Shown piece after piece: positions 1-9,987 of a DNA stretch of 64,000 bases. The notes beneath the pieces are model-generated. The model did not search any database. It had not been told where the DNA came from and saw only the letters and a program-made list of their open reading frames with translations. The stretch is from a bacterium. GTDB taxonomy: Bacteria > Patescibacteriota > UBA1384 > VFKW01. Made by a program: the position numbers and the translations under genes. Numbering within the stretch: position 1 is the first letter of the stretch; each line of letters opens with the position of its first letter. The DNA is taken from the NCBI GenBank assembly GCA_030647355.1, contig JAUSIS010000006.1, positions 253,465-317,464 on the forward strand. The letters run 5' to 3'.

Positions 1-194
1 GTCGGATTACCCTAACCGGAGCAATTTTTCTGGCTTTCATTGCAGTACTTCCGTTCATCGTCAGTGCGCTCTATCCAAATTTAAGTACAATTCAGCTGGG
101 TGGCACTAGTATCTTGATTGTTGTTTCGGTAATTATCGAGACTATGCGCCAACTTCAGTCTGAAATGCTCATGCGAACCTACGAAAAATATTAA
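1..194 (+). CDS. secY: Preprotein translocase SecY, C-terminal fragment; the 5' end lies outside the window
   Basis: In-frame translation ends ...GGTSILIVVSVIIETMRQLQSEMLMRTYEKY*. This matches the conserved SecY C-terminus and sits directly upstream of adk/map as in the usual spc-alpha cluster. Confidence 0.8.
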   Translation, partial: RITLTGAIFLAFIAVLPFIVSALYPNLSTIQLGGTSILIVVSVIIETMRQLQSEMLMRTYEKY

Positions 195-210
195 TTTGAG
201 CGAGGTACAA

Positions 211-927
211 ATGGGTTCTGCAAAAACTAAAATCCTAAATATTGCCACCCTAGGACTGGTTTTTGCCTTGGCCGGCAGCACCGTCTACTACTATCTCAAA
301 AGTCAGGAAGCATCCACTATCAAACAGGCCGATAAAATGACTGAACCGAAGCAGAAGACGATCACCGATAAAGAAAATAATACTTTATCTGATAGCCCTA
401 AAACCTCCGCTGCTCCTAATAGTGCCTACACACAGCCTGCTGCTAGTTCAGGGAGGCCATCTAATCCAGCACAAACATATATAGTTGGAGCCGGAGAAAC
501 TTTATCTGGCATCGCCAGCAAGTTAAATATGAACTGGACCAGATTATCCGAAATCAATAACCTAGAAAGTGGTGACCAAATTAAAGAAGGACAAATATTA
601 ATCATACCTTCCTACGATGAGAGTAGTAAAAAAATATTCGTCGAGTACAAAATTGACGGGCAAAAATCAACACAACTCCAAGACGAATCAACCAGACTTT
701 CGCCAGCCCCATACCTCGATCCTGCCACGGTAGCCAAAACAGATTCTGCTAATATTTATGGGTTAAGCGCAAGTGATACCTTCCAGTTCATTAGTAAAAA
801 CGAGGCTGACGGAACAGCGATTGTTAATGCTACCCACCTAGAAAAACATTACCAGATCGATCTATTCCAGCCAGTTCAAAAAGGAAAAGAGGGCATATGG
901 GCAATACAAAAAATAACACCGAGCTAA
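211..927 (+). CDS. LysM peptidoglycan-binding domain protein with an N-terminal transmembrane segment
   Basis: RBS GAGG 5 nt before ATG 211. N-terminal hydrophobic helix ILNIATLGLVFALAGSTVYYY. LysM-like block YIVGAGETLSGIASKLNMNWTRLSEINNLESGDQIKEGQILIIP. The track ORF 196-927 carries an alternative TTG start. Confidence 0.55.
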   Translation: MGSAKTKILNIATLGLVFALAGSTVYYYLKSQEASTIKQADKMTEPKQKTITDKENNTLSDSPKTSAAPNSAYTQPAASSGRPSNPAQTYIVGAGETLSGIASKLNMNWTRLSEINNLESGDQIKEGQILIIPSYDESSKKIFVEYKIDGQKSTQLQDESTRLSPAPYLDPATVAKTDSANIYGLSASDTFQFISKNEADGTAIVNATHLEKHYQIDLFQPVQKGKEGIWAIQKITPS

Positions 928-1577
928 CTCTTCAGAATTTTGTAATGATAGGTCCGCAGGGGAGTGGCAAAGGTACGCAAGCTATGTTTTTAACTAAAAC
1001 ATACAACCTCCAACACCTCAGTAGTGGAAATTTGCTGCGGCAAATATCCACCATTCCAAGCCCGCTTGGGCAAAAAATTAAAAATTTAATTGATAATGGA
1101 ATCCTTGTACCAGACGAGTTACTAATAGAAGTATTCCACAACGAACTGCAAGCATCAGATAGAACCCGGGGGCTTCTAATCGATGGGACACCTCGAACTT
1201 TAAAGCAAACTCAAATACTGGATCAGATTTTTGCCAAGGAAAATCTAGCCCTGCCTAAAGCCATAAATATCAACATTAGTCGGCAGTCCGCCATAGATCG
1301 TCTCACCAAGAGACATACATGCACAAAATGCCAAACCCCCTACCTTCCTTCCGACATTAGCTCTACTACAGGGATTTGCGAGCAATGCGGGGGTAATGTT
1401 GTCATCCGAAGTGACGATAATATTGAAGCCATTACTCAGCGCCTCGATTCATATTATAAGGAAACCGAACCAATTCTTGATTACTATGAGAAATCATCAC
1501 GCCTTATTAAGATCAACGGAGAACAATCAATTGAAGATGTATCAGCCGAGATAAAGAAAGCAATCGAAAATGATTAG
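897..1577 (+). CDS. adk: Adenylate kinase with a Zn-binding lid
   Basis: P-loop GPQGSGKGTQA. Lid cysteines CTKC...CEQCGG. RBS AAGGAAAAGAGGG before ATG 897; an alternative start is ATG 945 (MIGPQG...). Confidence 0.85.
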   Translation: MGNTKNNTELTLQNFVMIGPQGSGKGTQAMFLTKTYNLQHLSSGNLLRQISTIPSPLGQKIKNLIDNGILVPDELLIEVFHNELQASDRTRGLLIDGTPRTLKQTQILDQIFAKENLALPKAININISRQSAIDRLTKRHTCTKCQTPYLPSDISSTTGICEQCGGNVVIRSDDNIEAITQRLDSYYKETEPILDYYEKSSRLIKINGEQSIEDVSAEIKKAIEND

Positions 1578-2316
1578 CATTAAATCGCCTCAAGAAATCG
1601 AAATAATGGCGACCGGCGGCCGGATCCTTGCCAAAATTCGCGATCAGCTAGTCTCTATAGTTAAGCCAGGTATAACAACTTATGAGCTGGATCAATTTGC
1701 ATACAAAAAAATTACTGAATCAGGCGGTTATCCCTCATTCCTACACCATTCCGGTTTTCCCGCCTCCATCTGTACTTCCGTCAACGACGAAGTTGTTCAT
1801 GGAATTCCGGGCAAACGAATACTTAAAGATGGAGATACTGTTGGCATTGATATTGGTATGAAATACAAAGATTTCCATAATGATACAGCCATTACCGTAC
1901 CGGTAGGACAAATCACTCTCGAGCTCATAAATTTACTCGACACAGCTAAAGCCGCTCTTGCAGCCGGAATTCAAACTATAAAGCCAAACATACACCTAGG
2001 AGATGTACAAAACTCAATCCAAAAAGTTATTGAAAAAGCTGGTTACGGTATAGTCCGCGATCTTACAGGACATGGAGTCGGTAGAGAGCTTCAAGAAGAA
2101 CCCGCAATAGCCAACTTTGGTAATATCGGAACTGGTCCTATTCTTAAAACAGGAATGGTCATTGCTCTTGAGCCAATGATTACCCTCGGAAAACCAGAAG
2201 TCACCACTCTACTAGATGGCTGGACAGTTGTTACGGTAGATCGCTCACCAACGGCTCACTTCGAACATACCGTTGCAGTGACAGACCTCGGAGGACGTAT
2301 ACTAACACAGTGTTAA
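1570..2316 (+). CDS. map: Methionine aminopeptidase type I
   Basis: MAP-like sequence over its full length (…HGIPG…DIGMKY…HFEHTVAVT…). Follows adk with a 4-nt overlap, as in canonical synteny. Confidence 0.85.
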   Translation: MISIKSPQEIEIMATGGRILAKIRDQLVSIVKPGITTYELDQFAYKKITESGGYPSFLHHSGFPASICTSVNDEVVHGIPGKRILKDGDTVGIDIGMKYKDFHNDTAITVPVGQITLELINLLDTAKAALAAGIQTIKPNIHLGDVQNSIQKVIEKAGYGIVRDLTGHGVGRELQEEPAIANFGNIGTGPILKTGMVIALEPMITLGKPEVTTLLDGWTVVTVDRSPTAHFEHTVAVTDLGGRILTQC

Positions 2317-2340
2317 GTAATCAGGATAATAAGGAAAAAA

Positions 2341-3603
2341 TTGAACAAAATCATATATGCGTCCGAAAATCCGCCTACCGGTCTGCTTAATGGAGTTACA
2401 ACGGCAGTAACTAACATGCGGAAAGCCCTTGGATTAACTGATGCTGATTATATATATATCTGCCCAAATAAGCCCAAAAACAAACCACAGGAAAATGTCT
2501 ATGAATTGCCCTCCTTAGGACTCTCGGCAAGATGGATACCGTCATGGCTAGCCACTATTGATGAAGGATATCGTTTCGCACTGCCATATTCTTTCCCACT
2601 ACTGGGAAAAGCGATCAATCGTCGCCTAACAAGCTATCTGAAAAATATTCAGCCATGCTATCCTCATATACAAGGCACCCAACTGACTGGCGAGCAAGTT
2701 GCTATGGCCTGTCTAAAAGCAAACATTCCCTATATCCTAACATTACATACATACGATGAACATTACCTAGACGACCGAATCCACATCTCTCTACTTAGAA
2801 ACTTCATGAAAAAAAATCAAGCAAAAAGAAGCCGCTATGTTGCCGATCATGCCGCAACAGTAACATGCGCCAGTTTATGGTATGAAAAGCGCTATCGAGA
2901 CTTTACTGGCTATACTGGGAAAATAATTATCATACCAAGCATAGTTTGGCCGTTCGATCTCATGAACAGCCAAGAAAAAGAGCTGGAAGAACACAATTTC
3001 CGTACAAATGAACTGCCGTCCGAGTCGAGACACAGACCGCTCATAGGCGCATTTGGCAGGAAATCACCAGAAAAAAATCTTGACTTTGCTATTGAAATAA
3101 TGGCCCAAATTAACCTTTTATGTAATAACAAAAAAGTTATCAAAGAGAAAAGACCTTTATTGGTAGTAATTGGGCCGGGAGCTCAAGGATATGAAGATTT
3201 ATTAAAAAAATTAGCCACCAAAAAAGAAGTCATTAATGATATACTATTTCTTCCAGCTAAACCCAATGAACAACTTCTAAAAGTTTCCCAATTTATAACA
3301 GTACAAATTTTTACTTCCCTCACAGAAACACAAGGATTAATTCGAGTAGAAGCACAACTGGCGCAGTCGGTGCCTTTGGTTATGGAAAACACTGCTTTAG
3401 CCGAGAATCTTGATAACCCCAAACTAATACTGCCACCCCAACCGCAAATTTGGGCAAGCACAATACTCAAATTACTTGATGATCCCCATCATCTCAGGGA
3501 AACTGCCCGCAAGCAGAGAGATATCGCCCTAAAACAAAACGATCCCAACACCTATAAAAGGCGCCTAATGGAACTATACCAAAACATACAAAATAAATTA
3601 TGA
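2341..3603 (+). CDS. Glycosyltransferase, GT4-like (tentative)
   Basis: C-terminal block SLTETQGLIRVEAQLAQSVPLVMEN resembles the GT4 donor-binding E-x7-E region. TTG start. Confidence 0.4.
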   Translation: MNKIIYASENPPTGLLNGVTTAVTNMRKALGLTDADYIYICPNKPKNKPQENVYELPSLGLSARWIPSWLATIDEGYRFALPYSFPLLGKAINRRLTSYLKNIQPCYPHIQGTQLTGEQVAMACLKANIPYILTLHTYDEHYLDDRIHISLLRNFMKKNQAKRSRYVADHAATVTCASLWYEKRYRDFTGYTGKIIIIPSIVWPFDLMNSQEKELEEHNFRTNELPSESRHRPLIGAFGRKSPEKNLDFAIEIMAQINLLCNNKKVIKEKRPLLVVIGPGAQGYEDLLKKLATKKEVINDILFLPAKPNEQLLKVSQFITVQIFTSLTETQGLIRVEAQLAQSVPLVMENTALAENLDNPKLILPPQPQIWASTILKLLDDPHHLRETARKQRDIALKQNDPNTYKRRLMELYQNIQNKL

Positions 3604-3755
3604 GAAATTCAATTGCCGAGTATTGTGATTTCTGATATGATTAATTAAATCAACACACAAGGAGTCCTTATGGATAAACACAAAAAAATAGATATTGAAA
3701 TATCAAAAAGTGTTTCGGATATCGAAATTATCGCCAAGTAATAAAGGGGGAAATA

Positions 3756-5183
3756 ATGGAAACAGAAACAAAAACCTATCTCCCTAAAGCTGACGAGGAG
3801 CATCAACTTACCGAGCACAGAAATAATCGCTTTGATAGTGAAATCTCCGACAAAACAACAGATAAATCAGCGATCAATCATTTAACTACAAGCGAAGAAA
3901 CCACTGATAATACTTTAGACAGGGAAGATGAGAGTATTGATTCTGCTCACCACGAAGCATCAACACCTCTAACTACCACAACATTACCAGAGGAACGGAC
4001 TTTCGAAGGTACATCTCCATCCGTAGCCAGCCAAACCCCAGAGAGTCAACCTGACACCAAAGTCGAATCGCTGAATATAGAACCAGACGTAGTTATTGAT
4101 TTTGCCACAAATAATAGCCCGGAAAAAATACTCGATTACCTGCAGACACTTAGTAAATCCTCACTTCAATCATTAATTGTAGTTCTAGATCAAAACCCTG
4201 AGGATAGGGAAATATTTGAAAAAAAACTGCCAGGTGTAACCTACGAGATAGATCATTATGCTCATGCCGACGAAGATCCTACTAAACCCAGATTCGGAGA
4301 TTACCGGGAATCCGCTGAGTTGGATCAAGATAATCAACTTGCTCATACTAAATCTACTGATTCAGATGACCACGATGGCAACCCAGCTTCAGCCGCATCG
4401 GCATCAGAGAAAGATATTAACTCCTCCACCAAACCAGAACCTACCTTGCCAGAAGGGAATATCCTTGAATCAGATGGACCAGGATTCATATCCTCGATTA
4501 CAGGTAGAATGAAAGCGTTATCTCCTACGATGGGAGCATTTTTACTTTTTTCCGCCGGTTCGCGAGTAGAAGCCGGCTCAGCCCAAGAATCCCTGCAGAG
4601 ACAGCAGGGGATTAATATGGCCGCTAAAGCTGAAGCGATAAAATTCCTGCTGCCCAGCCAGATAAAAACTGAGATGCATAGTGGAAAGCAATATAGCTCG
4701 TTCGATGTAAAAGTCGGGCAAACAGAATTAATTAGGACCCTCTATTTCTCCGATCCTCAAAACAAAGAAAAAACAGGACGCTGGGATCATATTGCCAAAG
4801 CACAGCAACAATATCACGAATTCAAAGAGACGCTCGAAAAACTCTGTCCGGATAGTACCACGCGAAATACTATTGTTAGAGAAGTTGCAAAAGATTACCT
4901 TGAAAAGTTCGGTAGTCCATCAGACAAAGAAGCAAGCTCAAAAATTGGCAATGTCAGTATTGAAAACGCAACCTTTACCGACCTAACTACGGATACGACA
5001 AAACATTTAGAAGCAATACATTCAATCATAAGCGATTCCGATAAACAACAATACCTGGAAATAATGAACTTGGCAAATCATACTATTAACCAGTCAGCAG
5101 AAGAAGCTATATTATTGGATGCCGAACATTCTCAATCCAGTACCACAACAAATCCTCAAGAAACCACAATAAATAAGGAATAA
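3756..5183 (+). CDS. Hypothetical acidic low-complexity protein
   Basis: 475-aa ORF with RBS AAAGGGGG. Rich in D/E/S/T with no recognisable motif. A 23-aa micro-ORF with its own RBS lies upstream at 3671-3742. Confidence 0.4.
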   Translation: METETKTYLPKADEEHQLTEHRNNRFDSEISDKTTDKSAINHLTTSEETTDNTLDREDESIDSAHHEASTPLTTTTLPEERTFEGTSPSVASQTPESQPDTKVESLNIEPDVVIDFATNNSPEKILDYLQTLSKSSLQSLIVVLDQNPEDREIFEKKLPGVTYEIDHYAHADEDPTKPRFGDYRESAELDQDNQLAHTKSTDSDDHDGNPASAASASEKDINSSTKPEPTLPEGNILESDGPGFISSITGRMKALSPTMGAFLLFSAGSRVEAGSAQESLQRQQGINMAAKAEAIKFLLPSQIKTEMHSGKQYSSFDVKVGQTELIRTLYFSDPQNKEKTGRWDHIAKAQQQYHEFKETLEKLCPDSTTRNTIVREVAKDYLEKFGSPSDKEASSKIGNVSIENATFTDLTTDTTKHLEAIHSIISDSDKQQYLEIMNLANHTINQSAEEAILLDAEHSQSSTTTNPQETTINKE

Positions 5184-5184
5184 A

Positions 5185-6021
5185 ATGAGAATTGGTGCGC
5201 ACGTTAGTATAGCCGGCGGAATTATAAACGTCATTCCACGTGCACTTGCTATTGGTGCTAACACAATCCAAATATTTCTTTCAGCTCCCAAAAACTGGAA
5301 TCTAATTAAAATCACCGATGATGAGGCAGCTAACTTTAAAAAATTAGCCTCAAAAAATAACATCCATCCTATCTTTGCCCACTCTATTTACTTGGTAAAT
5401 GTGGCCTCGGAAAATTCCGAGCTAATTAACAAATCAGAGGCATCTTTAATAGATTACTTAAACACATCTGCTAAGTTAGGCTGTGTTGGTGTTATTTTTC
5501 ATATTGGCTCAAGCAAAAACAAAACATTCAACCAAATTAAAAACCGTATAATTACACATATAAACAATGTCTTAGAACATTCTAACCCAAAGAGTTTATT
5601 GATTATTGAGACCAACGCCGGACAAGGAAACTGTATCGGTTCCACATTTAGCCAAATAAATGAAATACTAAATGGAATCAACGAAAAATCGAGAATGGGC
5701 GTCTGTCTGGATACCGCCCATATATACGAGTCAGGATACGACCTAAGTTCAGATCCTAAATTAATTCTACAACAATTTGACTCGCAAATAGATCTTAAAT
5801 ACCTTAAAGTAATCCACTGCAATGACTCTAAATCAGGCCTGAACTCCAAAGTAGATCGTCACGAAAATATTGGCGAAGGGAAGATTGGCTCTCAGGCATT
5901 CAAACAACTACTCCACCTTCCAGCGTTGTCAGAAATTCCCTTCATCCTAGAAGTCCCCGGTTTTAACAATGATGGTCCTGACAAAAGAAACATAGAAATC
6001 CTGAAATCTCTTGCTTCCTGA
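5185..6021 (+). CDS. nfo: Endonuclease IV (AP endonuclease family 2)
   Basis: MRIGAHVSIAGG... N-terminus and Nfo-like histidine/aspartate-rich TIM-barrel sequence (HSIYLVN, FHIGS, CLDTAHIYESGYD). Confidence 0.8.
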   Translation: MRIGAHVSIAGGIINVIPRALAIGANTIQIFLSAPKNWNLIKITDDEAANFKKLASKNNIHPIFAHSIYLVNVASENSELINKSEASLIDYLNTSAKLGCVGVIFHIGSSKNKTFNQIKNRIITHINNVLEHSNPKSLLIIETNAGQGNCIGSTFSQINEILNGINEKSRMGVCLDTAHIYESGYDLSSDPKLILQQFDSQIDLKYLKVIHCNDSKSGLNSKVDRHENIGEGKIGSQAFKQLLHLPALSEIPFILEVPGFNNDGPDKRNIEILKSLAS

Positions 6022-6038
6022 AAATCTATTGCCATTAA

Positions 6039-6965
6039 CTATACTTTTTCAATTACCCTCAACTTAGCACTCGCTGCCCTAGCATTACCTTCGAGTTCAC
6101 TCTCTTTTGGCAATATCGGCTTTTTAGTAATCAAACGGACAACCGGATTTTCTATCAATGACATATTCTTAAATGTATGCTTTACGATCCTGTCTTCGAG
6201 CGAGTGGAAAGTGATAATAAACAACCTACCTCCTGGTTTTAACAAATCAACAGCTTGGGGGATAACCTCCTCAAGCGCCCCCAATTCATTATTCACTTCC
6301 ATTCGTATTGCACGAAATATTTTACTTGCGTAAGTCCCACCGCGTTTTGAAAAACGATACTTAGGCGGAGTAGCTTTTCGGACAATATCTAATAGATCTC
6401 CAATAGTTATTATAGGTCTCGGTTCTCTTTCTAACGCAATCCGATGGGCAATTCTTCGCGAAAATGGCTCCTCGCCATATTTAAAAAATATATCCGAAAG
6501 CTTACTCTCTGGATATTTATTTACTACATCATACGCAGATAGACTCTGCCGTTGATCCATCCTCATATCAAGCTTTTGCCGTAAATTCTCCTCAGTTTCT
6601 CGAAAACTAAATCCCCGCTCTACTTTATCGATCTGGTAACTAGAGACTCCAAGATCAATTAGTATACCATCCACCGCCGAAAAACCAAGATGATTAATAA
6701 TCAACTTTAAATCAACGAAATTATTGTTTTCGTATATAATTCTATCACCATAATTGCGTAAATTTGATTGAGCGGCAAAAATTGCCTCACTATCCCGATC
6801 AATTCCAATGACCCTTCCATTCTCAAATAATCTCTCTGCTATCAAAGCAGTATGGCCGCCGCCGCCTAAAGTACAATCAACATATACACCCTGCGGCAAT
6901 ACATTCAATAATTCGACAATTTCATCAGCTAAAACGGGCTTGTGAAATAAATTAGTCTCTTCCAT
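6039..6965 (-). CDS. rsmH: 16S rRNA (cytosine1402-N4)-methyltransferase RsmH/MraW
   Basis: HKPVLADEIVELL...YVDCTLGGGGH signature of RsmH. Confidence 0.85.
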   Translation of the reverse strand: MEETNLFHKPVLADEIVELLNVLPQGVYVDCTLGGGGHTALIAERLFENGRVIGIDRDSEAIFAAQSNLRNYGDRIIYENNNFVDLKLIINHLGFSAVDGILIDLGVSSYQIDKVERGFSFRETEENLRQKLDMRMDQRQSLSAYDVVNKYPESKLSDIFFKYGEEPFSRRIAHRIALEREPRPIITIGDLLDIVRKATPPKYRFSKRGGTYASKIFRAIRMEVNNELGALEEVIPQAVDLLKPGGRLFIITFHSLEDRIVKHTFKNMSLIENPVVRLITKKPILPKESELEGNARAASAKLRVIEKV

Positions 6966-7032
6966 TTATCTCTCCAAATTTAAGTATACAAGAAAATATT
7001 AAATCTGTAATGCTTAAAAATACAATTATAGC

Positions 7033-7983
7033 TCATTGACTGCCGAAAGTACCAACAATAGACAAAAATTCTTTCACATCATTGCATTGGCATATTTTTT
7101 CCCTAACCTTAGCGCAATTAGCTATTCCCTTATAATAATGAAGTAGATGTTTTTTTAATTCCACAAAATTCCCACAATTTTCCCGATGCAGACAAACATG
7201 TTGAAGACATATCTTTGTAATCTCATCATACGACAATGTTATAGACCTCGCTTCCCTTATTTCTTGAAATATCCACGGGCGACCAAGAGAAGCCTGGCCA
7301 ATTAGTACTCCATCGCCATCTGATGCACTTAAGCATTTGTCCACATCTTGCCATTTTTTTATACCTCCATTAACCAATATAGGTATCTTTATATTTTTTT
7401 TTATTTGCCTAACAGCATCCCAATCTGGATCCCCAGAAAAACCCTGCATCTTAGTTCTGCAGTGCAAAGCTATCAAATCAGCTCCTGCATCCTCTAGAGT
7501 CAAAATAAAATCACCAACTCCCTTAGAGTCCTTCCACCCAAGACGTGTCTTAACAGTAACCAAGCGATTACCGCTAGCTCTCTTTACGACCTTAACTATC
7601 TGACCTGCAAGCTCAGGCTCATTCATTAAAACAGAACCGTAACTATTCTTAACAATCTTTGGTGCCGGGCATCCCATATTGATGTCTATACCATCGGGAT
7701 CGAACTTATTACATATAATCTTAGCCGCCTCAGCCATTATCTTAGGCTCACGACCAAATATCTGCACTAAAATCGGTCTTTCAGCATCTTCAAACTCTGC
7801 CAATTTCAATGACTTACTAAATCCGTTCTCTTTATAGTCTTCAAACACACCTCTAGCCGATATCATCTCGGTATAAACGAGATCGCAACCAAAACTTTTC
7901 ACTAGTTGACGAAACGGTTTATCGGTAAATCCTGCCATCGGCGCCAACCCAATTATTTTTTTAGTAAAATCAATTCGATTCAT
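7033..7983 (-). CDS. dusB: tRNA-dihydrouridine synthase
   Basis: LAPMAGFTDKPFRQL...VYTEM...INMGCPAPK...HCR Dus family motifs. Confidence 0.8.
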   Translation of the reverse strand: MNRIDFTKKIIGLAPMAGFTDKPFRQLVKSFGCDLVYTEMISARGVFEDYKENGFSKSLKLAEFEDAERPILVQIFGREPKIMAEAAKIICNKFDPDGIDINMGCPAPKIVKNSYGSVLMNEPELAGQIVKVVKRASGNRLVTVKTRLGWKDSKGVGDFILTLEDAGADLIALHCRTKMQGFSGDPDWDAVRQIKKNIKIPILVNGGIKKWQDVDKCLSASDGDGVLIGQASLGRPWIFQEIREARSITLSYDEITKICLQHVCLHRENCGNFVELKKHLLHYYKGIANCAKVREKICQCNDVKEFLSIVGTFGSQ

Positions 7984-8297
7984 TGTCTGCCTCTCTAGAT
8001 TATTCTATCATAATAATCTAGAAAAGAAGGATGAATAAAATGCAAGAACCAAAACGATATAATGAGATCGGTAAACTATATCTACCTTTGATATAGCAAT
8101 TCAACGATACCATCGGTTTGAACCCATTAAAGCTTATCCATAAAAACCAGAAGCTGTTGACAAATAGAAAATAATCTTGTATTATTATACTAGTTGTTCG
8201 GAAGAGTTGTGGATTTAAATAATTATTTACCATAACTTCCGTCAACACAGTTGGCGGATTATTTGTATTAATAACCACGAGAACATCTATTCAAACT

Positions 8298-8537
8298 ATG
8301 TCAAAAGAAGTCGTTGAGCTAGAAGGATATATTGACGAAGCGTTACCAAACGCACAATTTCGAGTGCAAATCGGTAAGCCAGACAAACCTCATGTCATCC
8401 TAGCCCACATTTCAGGTAAAATCCGCATGCATTATATTAAAATACTCCCCGGAGACAGAGTACTTGTTGAACTTTCTCCATACGATCTGACTCGAGGTCG
8501 CATCGTACGACGACTACAAAAAGAGGAATCAATATGA
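8298..8537 (+). CDS. infA: Translation initiation factor IF-1
   Basis: S1-like IF-1 sequence [25 protein letters not shown]...[19 protein letters not shown]. Confidence 0.9.
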   Translation: MSKEVVELEGYIDEALPNAQFRVQIGKPDKPHVILAHISGKIRMHYIKILPGDRVLVELSPYDLTRGRIVRRLQKEESI

Positions 8538-8650
8538 AAGTCAAACCTTCAGTTAAAAAAATATGCAAAGATTGCCAGATAGTCCGACGAGGCGGTACGG
8601 TTTATGTTATTTGTAAAAAAAATCCCAAACATAAACAACGACAGGGATAA
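8534..8650 (+). CDS. rpmJ: Ribosomal protein L36
   Basis: Translation is [38 protein letters not shown], 38 aa. It overlaps the infA stop. It is absent from the ORF track because it is below the length cut-off. Confidence 0.85.
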   Translation: MKVKPSVKKICKDCQIVRRGGTVYVICKKNPKHKQRQG

Positions 8651-8658
8651 GGAGAACT

Positions 8659-9045
8659 ATGGCGCGTATTGCAGGAATTAATATCCCCGACAACAAAAGA
8701 GTTGAAATTGCCTTAACTTATATTTACGGTATTGGTCAAGTTACCGCCAAGAAAATCTTGAGCCAAGCCAATATTAAAAATAATCCCCACACCAACGAAT
8801 TAGCTACTTCGGAAATTGACCGTATTAGAGAAATAATCGACCGAAATTACAAAGTTGAGGGCGAAGCCAAAATGGCAGTTACCCAAAACATTAAACGCCT
8901 AAAAGAGATTAATGCATACCGTGGATTACGCCATACTAAAGGTCTGCCTGTCCGAGGTCAACGAACAAAAACTAACTCCCGCACCAAAAGAGGAAAAAGA
9001 ATCTCCGTTGGCAGCGGAAGACGTAAATCAGCCGAGAAAACATAA
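8659..9045 (+). CDS. rpsM: Ribosomal protein S13
   Basis: [26 protein letters not shown]. Confidence 0.9.
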   Translation: MARIAGINIPDNKRVEIALTYIYGIGQVTAKKILSQANIKNNPHTNELATSEIDRIREIIDRNYKVEGEAKMAVTQNIKRLKEINAYRGLRHTKGLPVRGQRTKTNSRTKRGKRISVGSGRRKSAEKT

Positions 9046-9062
9046 AATTTAGGAGTAAACCA

Positions 9063-9458
9063 ATGGCCGCCACTCAACAAAAGACATTAAAGAAAAAGAA
9101 GATAATCAGAGTTGTTACCAATGCTCGAGTATATATCCAATCTTCTTTCAATAACACAATAGTAACCGTTACCGATATGGTAGGCAATGTATTGAGTTGG
9201 TCAAGTTCCGGTCACAATGCTTTCAAGGGAGCAAGGAAAGCTACCCCATATGCAGCTCAAGTCACACTTAAAACTGCTCTCGATAAGGCAGAGCCATACA
9301 ATATACAGACCGTAGATGTTCTGGTATCTGGCGTCGGATCAGGACGTGAAGCCGCTGTACGTGGATTCAAGGGCTCAAACATCACTGTCAATTCAATAAA
9401 AGACACCACCCCAATTCCCCATAATGGTTGCCGACCCAAAAAACCGAGGAGAGTCTAA
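9063..9458 (+). CDS. rpsK: Ribosomal protein S11
   Basis: Conserved S11 core, ...GNVLSWSSSGHNAFKGARKATPYAAQ... Confidence 0.9.
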   Translation: MAATQQKTLKKKKIIRVVTNARVYIQSSFNNTIVTVTDMVGNVLSWSSSGHNAFKGARKATPYAAQVTLKTALDKAEPYNIQTVDVLVSGVGSGREAAVRGFKGSNITVNSIKDTTPIPHNGCRPKKPRRV

Positions 9459-9970
9459 TGGTTACCAAGCGCCGAAAATTTAAAGAAATCGACTTCCAAA
9501 AATGGAGCACAATTAAATCTTCAGATTATGGGCGTCAACTTCGTGAAAAACAAAAAGCAAGATATACTTATGGCGTTATGGAAAAACAATTTCGCCGTTA
9601 CTATAACATCGCCGCAAGGGCAAAAGGATCAACAGGTGAGATTCTACTTCAATTACTAGAAAGACGTCTCGATAATATTGTTTACCGATTAGGACTTGCG
9701 GTTTCCCGACACCACGCAAGACAACTGATTAATCATCGCAAAATCAACATCAACGGAAAAATTTTAAATATTTCATCCTACATCGTTGAAAAAAATGATG
9801 TTATTCAGCCCAAAAAAATAGAAGACTATCAAATCTACGAAGCCGAAACACCAAAATGGCTCTCACTTGACAAGAAAACTAAGACAGGGAAAGTAATTAA
9901 TCTTCCTTCCAGAGAAGAAATGCCGCTAGATATTAATGAACAATTAATTGTAGAATACTACTCTCGTTAA
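9458..9970 (+). CDS. rpsD: Ribosomal protein S4
   Basis: S4 sequence with RBS GGAGAG before ATG 9458 (MVTKRRKFKE...). The track start at 9428 lies inside rpsK. Contains the LERRLDNIVYRLG S4 motif. Confidence 0.8.
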   Translation: MVTKRRKFKEIDFQKWSTIKSSDYGRQLREKQKARYTYGVMEKQFRRYYNIAARAKGSTGEILLQLLERRLDNIVYRLGLAVSRHHARQLINHRKININGKILNISSYIVEKNDVIQPKKIEDYQIYEAETPKWLSLDKKTKTGKVINLPSREEMPLDINEQLIVEYYSR

Positions 9971-9987
9971 GTAGTAGAGGAGAAATT

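Noticed and set aside
8018-8278. 86-aa minus-strand ORF in the dusB-infA intergenic region
   Set aside because: AT-rich promoter-like region with no RBS. It more likely holds divergent promoters for dusB and infA.
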